Source: a virus. Taken from it: DNA of 64,000 nt. The first letter of the stretch is position 1. Each line of letters starts with the position of its first letter. The position numbers and the translations under genes are program-made. Shown in pieces: positions 10,045 to 20,867 of the stretch. The notes below the pieces were generated by a model. It worked only from the letters and a program-made list of their open reading frames with translations. It ran no database searches and was not told where the DNA came from. The stretch lies in IMG/VR virus record IMGVR_UViG_3300009103_002144, positions 1 through 64,000 of that record, one strand, 5' to 3'.

Positions 10045-10576
10045 AAGAAGAAGCTATAATATAGGCATCTGATATATCATAACAGCTATCAGCGAAGAGT
10101 ACAAGACCCTTTCTTGGTCCTGACTTCATGGTTCGCATAGGCCATTCAAAATTAGCTATTCTTCTTCTTGCGAATTCAAGTACTTGATCTTTCGTACTAG
10201 TCTCAGATTTTCTATCTATCTTTAACCCCACAACCTTCCTTGCGTGATTAACATTGATAAAAGACGGAGACATATCGAAAACGTTATAAGACATTAAGCT
10301 TACCATTCCGTTGAACCTCGCTAAAGTTACAATGGTTTTAGCGCTAGAAAACCCTGGACGAAATGCTTGCAGGTTCTCTTCTATCGCTATATGCTTAATA
10401 GTATAATGCTCTCTTATTTTTTTCAATTGTTGTCTTACACACTCTGCCTTTTGAAATATACAGGGAATCTTTGTAAGCACTATCGCACTAGCATCTACAA
10501 ACTCACCAGTGTTTTCTTCTAAGATACACCAACCTACATTAGAGGTTGATATATCTAACCCAAGGATATAAGACAC
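10028..10576 (-). CDS. RuvC-like Holliday junction resolvase
   Basis: RNase H-fold catalytic pattern ILGLDIS..VGW, IAIEE, DISDAY. Confidence 0.8.
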   Translation of the reverse strand: MSYILGLDISTSNVGWCILEENTGEFVDASAIVLTKIPCIFQKAECVRQQLKKIREHYTIKHIAIEENLQAFRPGFSSAKTIVTLARFNGMVSLMSYNVFDMSPSFINVNHARKVVGLKIDRKSETSTKDQVLEFARRRIANFEWPMRTMKSGPRKGLVLFADSCYDISDAYIIASSCVQNE

Positions 10577-13167
10577 TAAAAATCCAGTTTTACTCTTATG
10601 ACGAACCTGTCGTCGACTCTCTTCACCACAGCTTGAGAGAAATTAGACTTAAGTATTACATTAAGGTTTTCATCTAAAAAGTTAACATTCGTTATGTAAG
10701 TAAAATCTGATAATGCATCTGCAGTCAGGCCGGAGGGGGCAAGACTCTGGAAAGTTGGGTTTACTGATAGGTCGAGGTTTCCTTCTTCGGCTGGAACACT
10801 CATCCTCAAGTTGTAAATATTCTGTTGACCTGTTAGATCGACCTCAAAGCGATCTCTTCCGAAGCGCGGTATAACTGGTGTCTTTACAACTGCTAAGCCC
10901 TCCTCGTACATTAGCGTACCCACAGTCGACCAAGTTGCATGACTGCCTGTAGCGTCGCACCTATAGAGGTTACCTCGGCCATTATCCCGTAATGTAATCT
11001 TTACCCTACCAGCAGATCCAGTCACTAAAGGATCACGAAGATAATAGGTGAAGGGATCGATCTTATTACCGTAGAATAGATTGCTAGCATCGAAAAAAGA
11101 GACTTCATTCGAAGATGGATCGCGGGTCCTATTATAGATCGTCAATATAGCACCCGCAGGGATAGAGGGGTCGTCAGGCGTAGGGCCAGCCAGTGCTGCG
11201 GAAATGGACCCCTCTTTTTCAGCGCCTAAGAGACCTTCCCCAATCGACCCGGTTGGAAGAAGATTATTTAAGCTCACTAAGCTTAACCGCCTTGTCCCTT
11301 GATCATCAACAAACAAGCTTAAAGAATTCGAGGAAGTGACCATCTGCTCAAGAAGATTAAAGTTCTGGCTAAACCTTCCGTTATCACATGGAAGAATCGT
11401 AAGATTTCTCTTCCTAACACTTCCTGACGAAAACAGGAAATAATTACAACTTTGCCAACCCGTATTCGAATCAATGGTGCTTCCTGATAGGGCGTATAAG
11501 CGAGGCCACTCGTTCTTTACAAGCTCTTTCGTAAAATTCTCAAGATTGAGATAGTGACCACCAACGCCAAAAGAAAGTGGAACGTTAAACGGATCGTCAG
11601 TCGAGCCTCTTACTGTTTGAAACGGAGTCTGGAATATATCACGAAGACGTGTATCTTTTACAAAGAATGGTGGAACGTAAAATTCTAGTCCATCTAATGA
11701 AGCAGTATAAAGGTTCTCAATTCCTTCCACGCTGGACGTTAAAATCTCTCCATCATTTCTATACCGGCTATAGATCTTTAACTCATGGAGCTCAGCTTGT
11801 AGTGGGTGATCAAAAGAATATATCTCAGGATTCGGTGGTGCATCGTTTGATTCTCTGTCGACGGTTGGATAAAAATCTTTAATACCGTCAGTATACGCAG
11901 CCTGTGGATTGAAGAATTGTGCTACGTATGAATCACTACTAGCACCCCCCCAATCAGGAGAATCATTATTCGGACCAGTATAATAGTTGCCAACGAATAA
12001 AGCATCAGGTGCGCCACGCTTACCGCCAGTACCACCCCGTGAAGAATCACCTGGACTATCAGCTGAGGTAGGTAATGATAGATTCGTCGCTTGTAACCAG
12101 CTTCCGGATTGGGTTAATCCACTGGCAGTTAAGAACGTATCTTTAATAAGAAATTCACCACGGTTTTCACCGTCAATAAAAAATGATCCAGTAGAATTCT
12201 GGTCATTATGACTCCATCGAACACAACAATAGTGCCAATGGTTCCTCTTTAGAGAATTGTTAGATGATGAATAAATCAGATGTCCAGCTTCAGCGCTGTA
12301 GTCTGATGTCTCTAATGTGATCTCCGAAGGAGGAATATCTGCACTGTGAGACAACTGCAATAGCAGCCTATACCCATCTACATAACCATTTGCGTCTCGT
12401 GAGCTACCCGAAACTAGCGATAGAGCAAAGGAGCTAGACATATGAAAAATTGTTCCAGCCTTAAAATCTCCACCACGAGTAAATGATGTATATCTGGGAT
12501 TGATATAGAATTCAAAAGAAAATGAACCGGTTGGTCGATATGGAGTCAAGCCATTTATCTGATTATCAACAGAAGCATTACCGCTAGCTGACATTGCTGG
12601 ATATATCAATACAGAGCTAGAAGGAATTCGAGCAAGTGCGGGACCCATGGGGACAGTACGTTCCTCCCAATACGTTCTTTCTGGCTCATCTGTATTAAAG
12701 AAATTAAGCGTGTGGTAATTTGTGAAAGCCCAATTACACGTTGACCCGTATTGTGGTCTATAAAATGGGAATAAAACTTCTTGGATGACCCTTTTTCTTA
12801 GAGTATCACTAGTAAATTTAAATGAGGGCTCAAAGCGTAGAATTTCTACTTCTTTTTGTCGCTTGGCAGAAACGCTGGCCGAATTTACAAGTAACATGTA
12901 CTTGTCTATCTCATCATATGATATAGACGCAGTTGATGCGGAAGATGATATCGCTAAAACAGAGAGGCGATACTCTTCCAAGCTATCTGCAAGGGGAGGC
13001 GAATCAGGAGCCGCTTCTTTTGGAACCTCCTTCATACCCATTGCCGCTAATGGGAAAACCTTAACAGCTCCGACAAGCTCACCAGAACCAGAAATAAACT
13101 TCCGCTTTGGTTTGGTGAGTATCTTAAAACTGTCAAAGTAATTTTTGTCAAGCCTAAAAAGGGACAT
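10576..13167 (-). CDS. Virion structural protein with LamG/concanavalin-like domain and C-terminal tail-anchor-like motif
   Basis: FSFEFYINP...GTIFH...WHYCCVRW...FFIDG...LFVGN...ELKIY LamG-like pattern; C-terminus (YITNVNFLDENLNVILKS...IRVKLDF) paralogous to that of 13179..14522. Confidence 0.65.
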   Translation of the reverse strand: MSLFRLDKNYFDSFKILTKPKRKFISGSGELVGAVKVFPLAAMGMKEVPKEAAPDSPPLADSLEEYRLSVLAISSSASTASISYDEIDKYMLLVNSASVSAKRQKEVEILRFEPSFKFTSDTLRKRVIQEVLFPFYRPQYGSTCNWAFTNYHTLNFFNTDEPERTYWEERTVPMGPALARIPSSSVLIYPAMSASGNASVDNQINGLTPYRPTGSFSFEFYINPRYTSFTRGGDFKAGTIFHMSSSFALSLVSGSSRDANGYVDGYRLLLQLSHSADIPPSEITLETSDYSAEAGHLIYSSSNNSLKRNHWHYCCVRWSHNDQNSTGSFFIDGENRGEFLIKDTFLTASGLTQSGSWLQATNLSLPTSADSPGDSSRGGTGGKRGAPDALFVGNYYTGPNNDSPDWGGASSDSYVAQFFNPQAAYTDGIKDFYPTVDRESNDAPPNPEIYSFDHPLQAELHELKIYSRYRNDGEILTSSVEGIENLYTASLDGLEFYVPPFFVKDTRLRDIFQTPFQTVRGSTDDPFNVPLSFGVGGHYLNLENFTKELVKNEWPRLYALSGSTIDSNTGWQSCNYFLFSSGSVRKRNLTILPCDNGRFSQNFNLLEQMVTSSNSLSLFVDDQGTRRLSLVSLNNLLPTGSIGEGLLGAEKEGSISAALAGPTPDDPSIPAGAILTIYNRTRDPSSNEVSFFDASNLFYGNKIDPFTYYLRDPLVTGSAGRVKITLRDNGRGNLYRCDATGSHATWSTVGTLMYEEGLAVVKTPVIPRFGRDRFEVDLTGQQNIYNLRMSVPAEEGNLDLSVNPTFQSLAPSGLTADALSDFTYITNVNFLDENLNVILKSNFSQAVVKRVDDRFVIRVKLDF

Positions 13168-13178
13168 TGGTACCCTCG

Positions 13179-14522
13179 CTAGAAATCCAGCCTTACCCTG
13201 ACGGTCAGATCCTTTTCATCGTTCTTTTCAATCGGTCTAGAAAGCTTTGCGACAGCCAGTAGGTTGTCGTTTACATCGTACAATCCAACAGTCGTTATAA
13301 AACTGAAGGATCGCTGAACGTCTTCCTGGCCCTCGTCAATAACTCTTATTCTGTTATTGGTGTCAGTGTACGTTGGATTTGATGAATAATTGAATTCATC
13401 AGCTGTTGCTCTACAGAATATTAACGTTGAGTTAATGTTCGTATTATTCTGGAACGTCGTAGCAGTTAATGATCCAGAACTAAATCGTGCAGTGGCAAAA
13501 TGCTTGACAATATCATCGATCGATCCTGATGTGAATAAGTCGGGAACAAACTGAGCTTTACTACCTAGATTGGCATCATCAGCGCTCCACCGGGTCATTG
13601 TTCCATTACCATGACCTAAGACCATCTTACCACGAGGTACATTCGCATTCGTCGCACCAGCAGTGGCTGTCATACCGTCGATTGTACCACTTGCATATTG
13701 AGCAGCGTTTATTGCTCTCGCGACGTTAAGAACGATAGTGCCTGCATCATAAAAGACAAGCCCAATCTTCTTTGTCGTATCACTAGAATCAACCAAGTCT
13801 CCGACTTCCCCACCAAAGGTACGTCGACGGTTTGCTGAGGATCCGAAGTCAGTATAAATTTTAACCGAACCAGTAGACGTTTTATTTAAGTTCGGGGATC
13901 CCCACCAGGAGTTGGCAATAGATAGAGCAGGAGCATCGGCGCCAGACTGTGCAGAGGGTAATAGATATTGCTCCTGCCCGCAATCTGGAAACTGCGTTTC
14001 TGAAGCGGATGCATACATCTTAAGAGCGAAAGTTTCTCGCTTTATCTTATCACGAGTGAATAACCTCTTAAAAGAAAGAAAGACCACAGCATCAGCCAAG
14101 TCGGTTGCTGTTGAGCTGCCAAAAGGAGTAGCGAAGGCTGCATCAGCATTCCCCAGCAAGCTGGCCGCGTACTGCTTGTAAATGTCTATTTTTTCTCTCA
14201 TCATTAACGAGCTTGAAGGGAATAGCATCTTTCCATTTGCATCAAGCCCAGAAGAGCAACTAAGCACCGTTGATCCTGAAACCCAAAGACCACAAGTCAT
14301 ATCCAGTATAGGGTTCGCCGTCTGTAGTGAGAAGTCTTGATCATATACTGTTTGGTATAATGAAGAAGTAACACCGGGACCGATACCACCCGTTACCCAC
14401 ATTTGATAGGTCCTTCTTGTTGCAGACCCAGATATATCTTCCTGGATAACATCTACAAGTTGGTTTAATACAGAACGTGATGTCTTAACGTCTGCTGCTG
14501 AAATTTCTTTAAAGGTAGCCAC
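13179..14522 (-). CDS. Virion structural (baseplate/tail-associated) protein
   Basis: C-terminal EFNYSSNPTY...FITTVGLYDVNDNLLAVAKLSRPIEK...VRVRLDF resembles the second half of tail-fibre anchor domains. Confidence 0.65.
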   Translation of the reverse strand: MATFKEISAADVKTSRSVLNQLVDVIQEDISGSATRRTYQMWVTGGIGPGVTSSLYQTVYDQDFSLQTANPILDMTCGLWVSGSTVLSCSSGLDANGKMLFPSSSLMMREKIDIYKQYAASLLGNADAAFATPFGSSTATDLADAVVFLSFKRLFTRDKIKRETFALKMYASASETQFPDCGQEQYLLPSAQSGADAPALSIANSWWGSPNLNKTSTGSVKIYTDFGSSANRRRTFGGEVGDLVDSSDTTKKIGLVFYDAGTIVLNVARAINAAQYASGTIDGMTATAGATNANVPRGKMVLGHGNGTMTRWSADDANLGSKAQFVPDLFTSGSIDDIVKHFATARFSSGSLTATTFQNNTNINSTLIFCRATADEFNYSSNPTYTDTNNRIRVIDEGQEDVQRSFSFITTVGLYDVNDNLLAVAKLSRPIEKNDEKDLTVRVRLDF

Positions 14523-14532
14523 TAATCTTTCC

Positions 14533-15243
14533 TCACTTCGCTATCGACACGGTCATTTCGGAAACAACACCAGACTGTACACCGATAACCCGCAGTGTGC
14601 TTGAAATCTGAGACTTGTTGTCTGCGTCGCCGTAATAAGTAAAAACGCTATCAGATATCGAACGTGTCTTAATATTAAGGGTCAACTTAGATCCACCGAT
14701 CGCCGTTGTAGAACTATCTCTTGTGACAATGTATGTCGCAATGTCATTCGAGTCAATAGAGTCTGGTGTATTGTCTGTTCCCACCAATTCCAGAAAGCGA
14801 TAAGGAAGTTTCACCAAGAACGTCTGGTCTCTTAATTCTGGATCTAGCGTATTTTCATCTGTAACTGTTTGCGTAAATGTGATTGTTCGTTGGGAACTTG
14901 AGCCAGTCCTCTTAAAAGCCACGGCACCACCAGTAACACCATCACCTGACAAAGTTACGCTGGGTAACTTAACAAGCGTCGGGTTGGAAAGGCTTATTAA
15001 TTTGTTCTTCAAGGCGTAATTCTGGTTCGTTTGAGCCTCAAAAACCGGTGTATTTTTTTCTATTTTTTCCTTACCAACAGTCCTTCCGAACTTTTGTATT
15101 GTTGCATAATCAACTTCATCGTCGCCAAAAGCAAACTTCACTATTGAAAAACTGCCGTCATTTCTCGATAACAATTCCCTACCATAGTCGGTAAGGACGG
15201 CATCGACTATAATATTATTCGTACTGTTGTCTAAAAAGCCCAT
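14533..15243 (-). CDS. Virion structural (baseplate/tail-associated) protein
   Basis: N-terminal DAVLTDYGRELL...IVKFAFGDDEVDY resembles the first half of tail-fibre anchor domains; strong GGAGG SD. Confidence 0.65.
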   Translation of the reverse strand: MGFLDNSTNNIIVDAVLTDYGRELLSRNDGSFSIVKFAFGDDEVDYATIQKFGRTVGKEKIEKNTPVFEAQTNQNYALKNKLISLSNPTLVKLPSVTLSGDGVTGGAVAFKRTGSSSQRTITFTQTVTDENTLDPELRDQTFLVKLPYRFLELVGTDNTPDSIDSNDIATYIVTRDSSTTAIGGSKLTLNIKTRSISDSVFTYYGDADNKSQISSTLRVIGVQSGVVSEMTVSIAK

Positions 15244-15267
15244 GTGCTTCCTCCACTCCTCAGGGTT

Positions 15268-15274
15268 TAATTAT
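15268..15274 (-). promoter_or_regulatory. Putative late promoter core (ATAATTA)
   Basis: In the 56-nt intergenic gap upstream of 14533..15243, preceded by a T-tract; overlaps a TATAAT. Confidence 0.5.
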
Positions 15275-15299
15275 ACATCTCTAAAAACGTAGTAAACAT

Positions 15300-17096
15300 T
15301 CACTCACTTATATCTTGCTCTAATGTAGTTTTTTGCTCTACTGGCGTCTCTACTAAAATTGAATCATCAATCGTAACTTCTAACTTCTGGTCAAGCAACC
15401 TGTCAGTATTTATGAACTGAAATACGTACTTTGACAAGGGGTCTATAGATGTAGTGCAAAAAGCTGGAATTACTTCCCTTCCATTTTTAAGAAGTGTATA
15501 AGCTTCTGGATTAAAGTAAATCTGGCATGCTTTGTGAGAGCTGTCTTTCATCGTATCAACAAAGAAGTTTTGCTTTAAGAACCAATTTGGATACTGCTTA
15601 GGGGCCCCAGCATACGACATAAATTCTTTTCTTATCTTATTCTTAGATTTATCAAAACTCACCTTTATTTGGGTAGAGTATTTCGAACTTAACTGCCGGG
15701 CATCAACTGCTACAAGAGCATAGATATACGTCGTCGTCTTATTGAATTCACTATCTATATAAAAGGTCGGCATATTCTGAACCGCTTTATCTACACTTGG
15801 GTCAATATGCTCTCTGGGATTGGATCTTACCACAGAGTCATCAAAGTCGAAATGCTTGATCAGTGTAAACGGATCATGAATAGACTTTCTCCGGAAAACC
15901 TGAATATACTTCACATCACGCTGAGGATTGACTGGTGGTGCCCAAGTAATAACCAGATTCTCTTTGTCATATTCAAAATAAAAATTAATATCGGTCGGTG
16001 GATCCGGGCGGCGGTCTTCTTTGGCGGTTATCGAAGTCATCGGAGCTGGCTTCGAAGAAACTAGAAATGTCTTTATAAATGTATTTCCTTCAACATCTGT
16101 AGCAGGTACCCTAAATTTGGCGATTGTATATCCAGTATACTCATATGTCTGACCATACGCAATCTGTGAATCATACACTGTTCTTACACGTTGTCCTAGA
16201 GCAATGATTGGCGGCATTGGATATCTAACCCCCTTATATACTCTCTTTTTTTGAATCACAAAACCAACAACATCTGCTTCTGCAACAAAGTCTTCAGTTT
16301 CAACCTCTTCTAAATCCACATAAGGAATATCAAAAAGATATTCATCATTGCTTAATAGCGCGGGATTATCAGAAATTGCTGTCGATTTTCTTAGTGAAGC
16401 CATATAGTCTTCTACTATCTGGGCCATTCCCAGAGAGGTTCCTCTCTGGGCTGATGTTCGTCGCGCATACGGAGCATACGTCGAATTTAGCATCATGAGA
16501 GTTGAAGACCTTGACTCCTCCCCAAAAAAATCAGTATACGAAGACTCATCGGCCTCCTCATTTAGCGATGGTGGTAATAAACTCTCGAGTAAATTCGAGT
16601 CGACATTACTGGTTTCTGCAATTGTTGTCAAAAGCTCTAAGGGAGTTGCTTCATCAGTCCCCAAAGAATTAAGCCGCATTCTAAGCAGATTTTCTATATT
16701 GGTGGGTAACTGAAGATTTCCAGCGCATAATGCAGTAAAATTCAAACCGGCTGCCTCATCTTCGGTAAAGATCTTTCCATTCCGCAAAGCCCATTGAATT
16801 TCATCCACTGATGACTTTATAGACGAGTTCTTCGTTGCCAGCATACTCTTCTTTGAATCCTTCAATCCAAAGGTTAATGTTGCATAGCGAGGCTGTCTGG
16901 AATTGAGATTCGTAATGTCAACGGTTCCTTTTCGCTTAAATCTAGATGAAAGGTTTCCGTTTACAGCATCATTACCAGACTCATCAACAGTTTCATCTGC
17001 AACGAAAAAGTTATATCTAAATACTGCTTTCACATTCTGCATTTCAGGAACATCAAAAATAGGAAGCGGCTGACTTGGGATTGATTCTACACTCAT
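15300..17096 (-). CDS. Putative virion protein with fibronectin type III-like domains
   Basis: PDPPTDINF...LVITWAPP...YIQVFRRK...FYIDSEF...YIYALVAVD FN3-like pattern; second YGQTYEY motif. Confidence 0.55.
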   Translation of the reverse strand: MSVESIPSQPLPIFDVPEMQNVKAVFRYNFFVADETVDESGNDAVNGNLSSRFKRKGTVDITNLNSRQPRYATLTFGLKDSKKSMLATKNSSIKSSVDEIQWALRNGKIFTEDEAAGLNFTALCAGNLQLPTNIENLLRMRLNSLGTDEATPLELLTTIAETSNVDSNLLESLLPPSLNEEADESSYTDFFGEESRSSTLMMLNSTYAPYARRTSAQRGTSLGMAQIVEDYMASLRKSTAISDNPALLSNDEYLFDIPYVDLEEVETEDFVAEADVVGFVIQKKRVYKGVRYPMPPIIALGQRVRTVYDSQIAYGQTYEYTGYTIAKFRVPATDVEGNTFIKTFLVSSKPAPMTSITAKEDRRPDPPTDINFYFEYDKENLVITWAPPVNPQRDVKYIQVFRRKSIHDPFTLIKHFDFDDSVVRSNPREHIDPSVDKAVQNMPTFYIDSEFNKTTTYIYALVAVDARQLSSKYSTQIKVSFDKSKNKIRKEFMSYAGAPKQYPNWFLKQNFFVDTMKDSSHKACQIYFNPEAYTLLKNGREVIPAFCTTSIDPLSKYVFQFINTDRLLDQKLEVTIDDSILVETPVEQKTTLEQDISE

Positions 17097-20000
17097 TCTG
17101 ACGTGGTCTCCTCACTTCCTGTGTCTGGTATAGTTACATATACCCTATAATTAGCCATCTCAACGCCTTGTGATGTTTCCAATCCAATACCTACCTCAGT
17201 TTCAGCCTCTGTGAGCTTTTCATTTTTTGCATTCGTCTCAGCAGAGGTTTCGTCTTCTGTTGATATCTCAACCTCAAATGATGTAGGGTCAAATGGAATC
17301 GCCACAACCCGCTCAAATATTGTGCCATATTTTAACGAATCTTTCTTTGCAGACGCGTTGGCAACAGTACCATAAGAATTAAGATAAGAATACACAGAGA
17401 ACGCAACGGGGTCTAGGTCCTTAAACAAATCCATGTTTAGCATTTCAGAGCCCTCAGAATAAAATGTGAAGCCCTCGATCTTCCTATCATCTGTATCAAA
17501 CGCTATATTACTACCTGATAAAAATGCATTTGCATCTTTATCTACTCCATCCAGCGATGGTAATGATATGGATCCAGTTAGCACATCCCTACGCTGAGAT
17601 GAGCCATTGGGATAAGCATCTTCGAAAAAGTCTAAATCCAAAAAGAGATCAGAGTACAGTTTAAGCGCGAAATCATTTTTAAGATTATTCACTTGCTCAT
17701 CGCTATAGGTTTCAGAGGAAAGTCCGGATTCTGCTTGTTCTGTCACAGAGAAATCTTTATCGATACTATCAAAGTTTACGATTATCTCACCCTCTGTGCT
17801 GTCATCGATTTGATTGATAAAGAGGTTTCTAGAAAATAAATACTCTTTGTCTTCATACTCTAACTCAGGTCGTGTCAAGTCGACTTTTTCTATTGACACC
17901 GAAAAATTATTTCTTGAAGGCGTTGTTATCTCTCTATCAACCTCTTCTAAATCAACAGGATCTTCTTTTGTCATGTCAAGACAACCGGCTGGAATTCCAA
18001 CCACCATATACTTTAACTTGTCAGGCTCACAAAAATCTTCTTCTTGTAGGATACTTGACATAAATGCCACATTAGAACATACTAAAGCCTTATCTCTAGT
18101 GCGAATGTCTTGATAAGTAGAATCAGAAGAATCATAAACCCTAATATAATTTAGAAGCATCTTACACATATCAGTAGATAAAGGAAGCCCCTCTCTAATT
18201 CTATCAATGAGGGTCTGTGTCCCCTCTGTCTCTTCGTCTATATCTGCCACAATTACATCAACAATAGCAGAAAATGTGTCCCTTACATTCGAAAAGTAAG
18301 AGTCTAAAGACTCTATAAAGCCTGATATAAACTCATAATTTTCATCTAATGCAGAGAAAGTACGAGATAGAGCAGAAGACTGCTCTTCTAAAAGTGTGGC
18401 GTCTTGTTCTTCAGAGTCAAGAAATGTCTCCAATGCAGATTTACGATCAGCCACCCCAGCATATTGGAACGTCATATTTAAGCCCGCAATTGAAGTACCA
18501 GACTCTGCTGATGAGCTCCATGATGCAGCCATTCTCGGGCCCATAATCTTCAACCCACCACCACTCGAAACTTTGGATACACTAGACGCGATAATATCAG
18601 AAGCAGAGCTTTCAAAAACTGACGACATGGCGCCGCTGGTTGAAGTAAGGTCGTCGATATAAAATGATGCAGTTTTCGCGGCCGCTTGAATTATGAAACC
18701 ATGTAATCGATTAGCGGGAAACTGACTGTAATTCGTCAACTCTAGATCGTCAATGCAGTTATTCCCGAATAAAAACACAGCATCATTTAATAGCTCTAGT
18801 AAGCTTAAGAATATTGAGTCAGATGTAGTGGAAAGCGCCATCAGGGCTTCTTTAAAATCATCAACCTTCGCAGTCGTCTTGTCTGATAACTCGTCCTCGG
18901 TCGAATTGGTTGTTGTAGATAATTTGGCGCGCATTCCCATCGCGCACAGCTCACAGACCTCTTCCCACGTTAAGTCAAAATATGATTGGAGAGATGAGTT
19001 TTCTGATGACTCCCCCTCAGCTAATTCTGTTTTTTGTTTCACAGACATTGGGTCGATTGTCGTTGGGTTCGACCAATCGTCTGGTTTGGGTGTGACAGAT
19101 ATTGTTGATTCAGGCACGCTAAAGAATTGTGTCTTTGAAGTACTGGAGCTCGGTTTCCCTATCAACTGTATGAGAGTTGAATCATTTCGAACCACCCACG
19201 AAAGAGCAGCTAAATTTGTTTGCTCTCCCGTTATTGCTACACCCGACACTTGATCCTGCAAAAACGCCAAATATAAAAATAACCACTGCCATGCTTCTGA
19301 ATCCCTACCAGCTGCACACAGCCAAGCAATTTGTAAAGCATCAGAAACACCGGCTGAGGATGCTGAGGATTCGGGTAACGCCTCCAAACACTTTAGCACT
19401 ATATTTCTGCAAATCACCTCCAAGACCTCTGATCCTGGTGAGCCATCAAGGCCAAGCATTTCTGTGTCTAGCAAATCCTCGATTGTTGTTTTAGCATCTG
19501 TCCACCTTGAAGATATCTCTGAATAAGGTGCTAGTCCTGCCTCTGGTTCTTGTGCGGCATAAATCTTTTTGACTTCATCAGGAGCAGAGTCAGTGCTTTT
19601 ATAACGAGAGGATGTGATTAACTCAGATTTTTCGAAAGGATAGACTGCAACTTTTTGACCATTCACTACGGAAGGATATAATAATCCATTCATATTAAAC
19701 GTCCCAAAAGCATCGCTCTCAGACACTCCTTTGGTAAGTGGTTGAAATTTTGAGGTACCTGGATAGACGTTTAGATAAGAACAGAAACCATATCCCTGAT
19801 ATGCTTTGCCTTGTCCTTTAGGGTATATCTCTGCATCTGCATCATCAATATTGTTCTGTTGTTTGTTATAAGACAACAACAGCTCTCTAGAAATTGTCGC
19901 CAATAATTGCCGGAGTCCAATCTCACTATCTTCTGGTAGACGATCGTATAACCCCCCAATGGCTGTAGAGAAAGACAAAGACCTTCGTACATAATTCGGG

Positions 20001-20866
20001 TCTCCTTCCCATTTCACAAGTTTAGAACCAGCCTCGAACTCTCTTGTCGATAATTCAAGTAAGCGTGGCGTACAAGATGTTAATGAATAGCAGTAGTCTC
20101 TTATCAGTGTATATAAAACCTCTGTATTCGAAGCCGAAGAAACAGACGCGGAATCAAGCTCAAATGCTGACAATGCCTCTTCATACATTTCTATATTGGT
20201 TGCATCAAGTGAATCAAGAAAAGATTGTTGTGCCGCCAAATTTGAAACATGAGCAGCGAGCCAGTCCAATTCTCCTATTAATTCTTCTGATGTATCGATA
20301 TCTAAAAGGTTCTCTACTCTTAAAGCACGAGCAGCCCTTTTTGCCTTAATCGTATTACCGACAGCTGTCACATTTGATTCTGAATCAAAAACAGGCTTGA
20401 AGTCTATCAACGCAAGAATAACTGGTCGCATTGCGGGATTGATCTCTATTGAATTGGCTTCTTTCTCAGCCCTCTTAGTATCAGCCCTTTTCGATGATGC
20501 CGCATCACCAGCCTGGTCTGAGGTGGGTGAAGTCTTTTTCTGTCCCTTTTGCGTTTGGTATTTTAAGAGGGCCTGCTTTCTTTTTTCTTGACGAATATTC
20601 GCTACTCGTAGTTGTTCCATCTTTTGTACAGATGAACCAGTCTTTGACTTTTGCTTATTTCTTGTTTTTGCGCTTCTTCCCGACCGTCTGCGGTCTTTTC
20701 GACTTTTGACTTTCACACCGGGTGTGGATGTATTTCTTGCTCGCTCTTTTTCTTTATTATACGTCGTGGCTTGATTGCCTAATAGAAGCTCAATTAATGA
20801 TACCACTTCTTCTTTTTCTACGTTTACTAGAGAATCTAGCTTCATATCCGAAATTAAGTCTGGCAT
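17093..20866 (-). CDS. Large acidic hypothetical protein
   Basis: 1257 aa ORF, basic low-complexity N-terminus then D/E/S-rich body; no recognisable catalytic motif. Confidence 0.7.
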   Translation of the reverse strand: MPDLISDMKLDSLVNVEKEEVVSLIELLLGNQATTYNKEKERARNTSTPGVKVKSRKDRRRSGRSAKTRNKQKSKTGSSVQKMEQLRVANIRQEKRKQALLKYQTQKGQKKTSPTSDQAGDAASSKRADTKRAEKEANSIEINPAMRPVILALIDFKPVFDSESNVTAVGNTIKAKRAARALRVENLLDIDTSEELIGELDWLAAHVSNLAAQQSFLDSLDATNIEMYEEALSAFELDSASVSSASNTEVLYTLIRDYCYSLTSCTPRLLELSTREFEAGSKLVKWEGDPNYVRRSLSFSTAIGGLYDRLPEDSEIGLRQLLATISRELLLSYNKQQNNIDDADAEIYPKGQGKAYQGYGFCSYLNVYPGTSKFQPLTKGVSESDAFGTFNMNGLLYPSVVNGQKVAVYPFEKSELITSSRYKSTDSAPDEVKKIYAAQEPEAGLAPYSEISSRWTDAKTTIEDLLDTEMLGLDGSPGSEVLEVICRNIVLKCLEALPESSASSAGVSDALQIAWLCAAGRDSEAWQWLFLYLAFLQDQVSGVAITGEQTNLAALSWVVRNDSTLIQLIGKPSSSTSKTQFFSVPESTISVTPKPDDWSNPTTIDPMSVKQKTELAEGESSENSSLQSYFDLTWEEVCELCAMGMRAKLSTTTNSTEDELSDKTTAKVDDFKEALMALSTTSDSIFLSLLELLNDAVFLFGNNCIDDLELTNYSQFPANRLHGFIIQAAAKTASFYIDDLTSTSGAMSSVFESSASDIIASSVSKVSSGGGLKIMGPRMAASWSSSAESGTSIAGLNMTFQYAGVADRKSALETFLDSEEQDATLLEEQSSALSRTFSALDENYEFISGFIESLDSYFSNVRDTFSAIVDVIVADIDEETEGTQTLIDRIREGLPLSTDMCKMLLNYIRVYDSSDSTYQDIRTRDKALVCSNVAFMSSILQEEDFCEPDKLKYMVVGIPAGCLDMTKEDPVDLEEVDREITTPSRNNFSVSIEKVDLTRPELEYEDKEYLFSRNLFINQIDDSTEGEIIVNFDSIDKDFSVTEQAESGLSSETYSDEQVNNLKNDFALKLYSDLFLDLDFFEDAYPNGSSQRRDVLTGSISLPSLDGVDKDANAFLSGSNIAFDTDDRKIEGFTFYSEGSEMLNMDLFKDLDPVAFSVYSYLNSYGTVANASAKKDSLKYGTIFERVVAIPFDPTSFEVEISTEDETSAETNAKNEKLTEAETEVGIGLETSQGVEMANYRVYVTIPDTGSEETTSE

Positions 20867-20867
20867 C

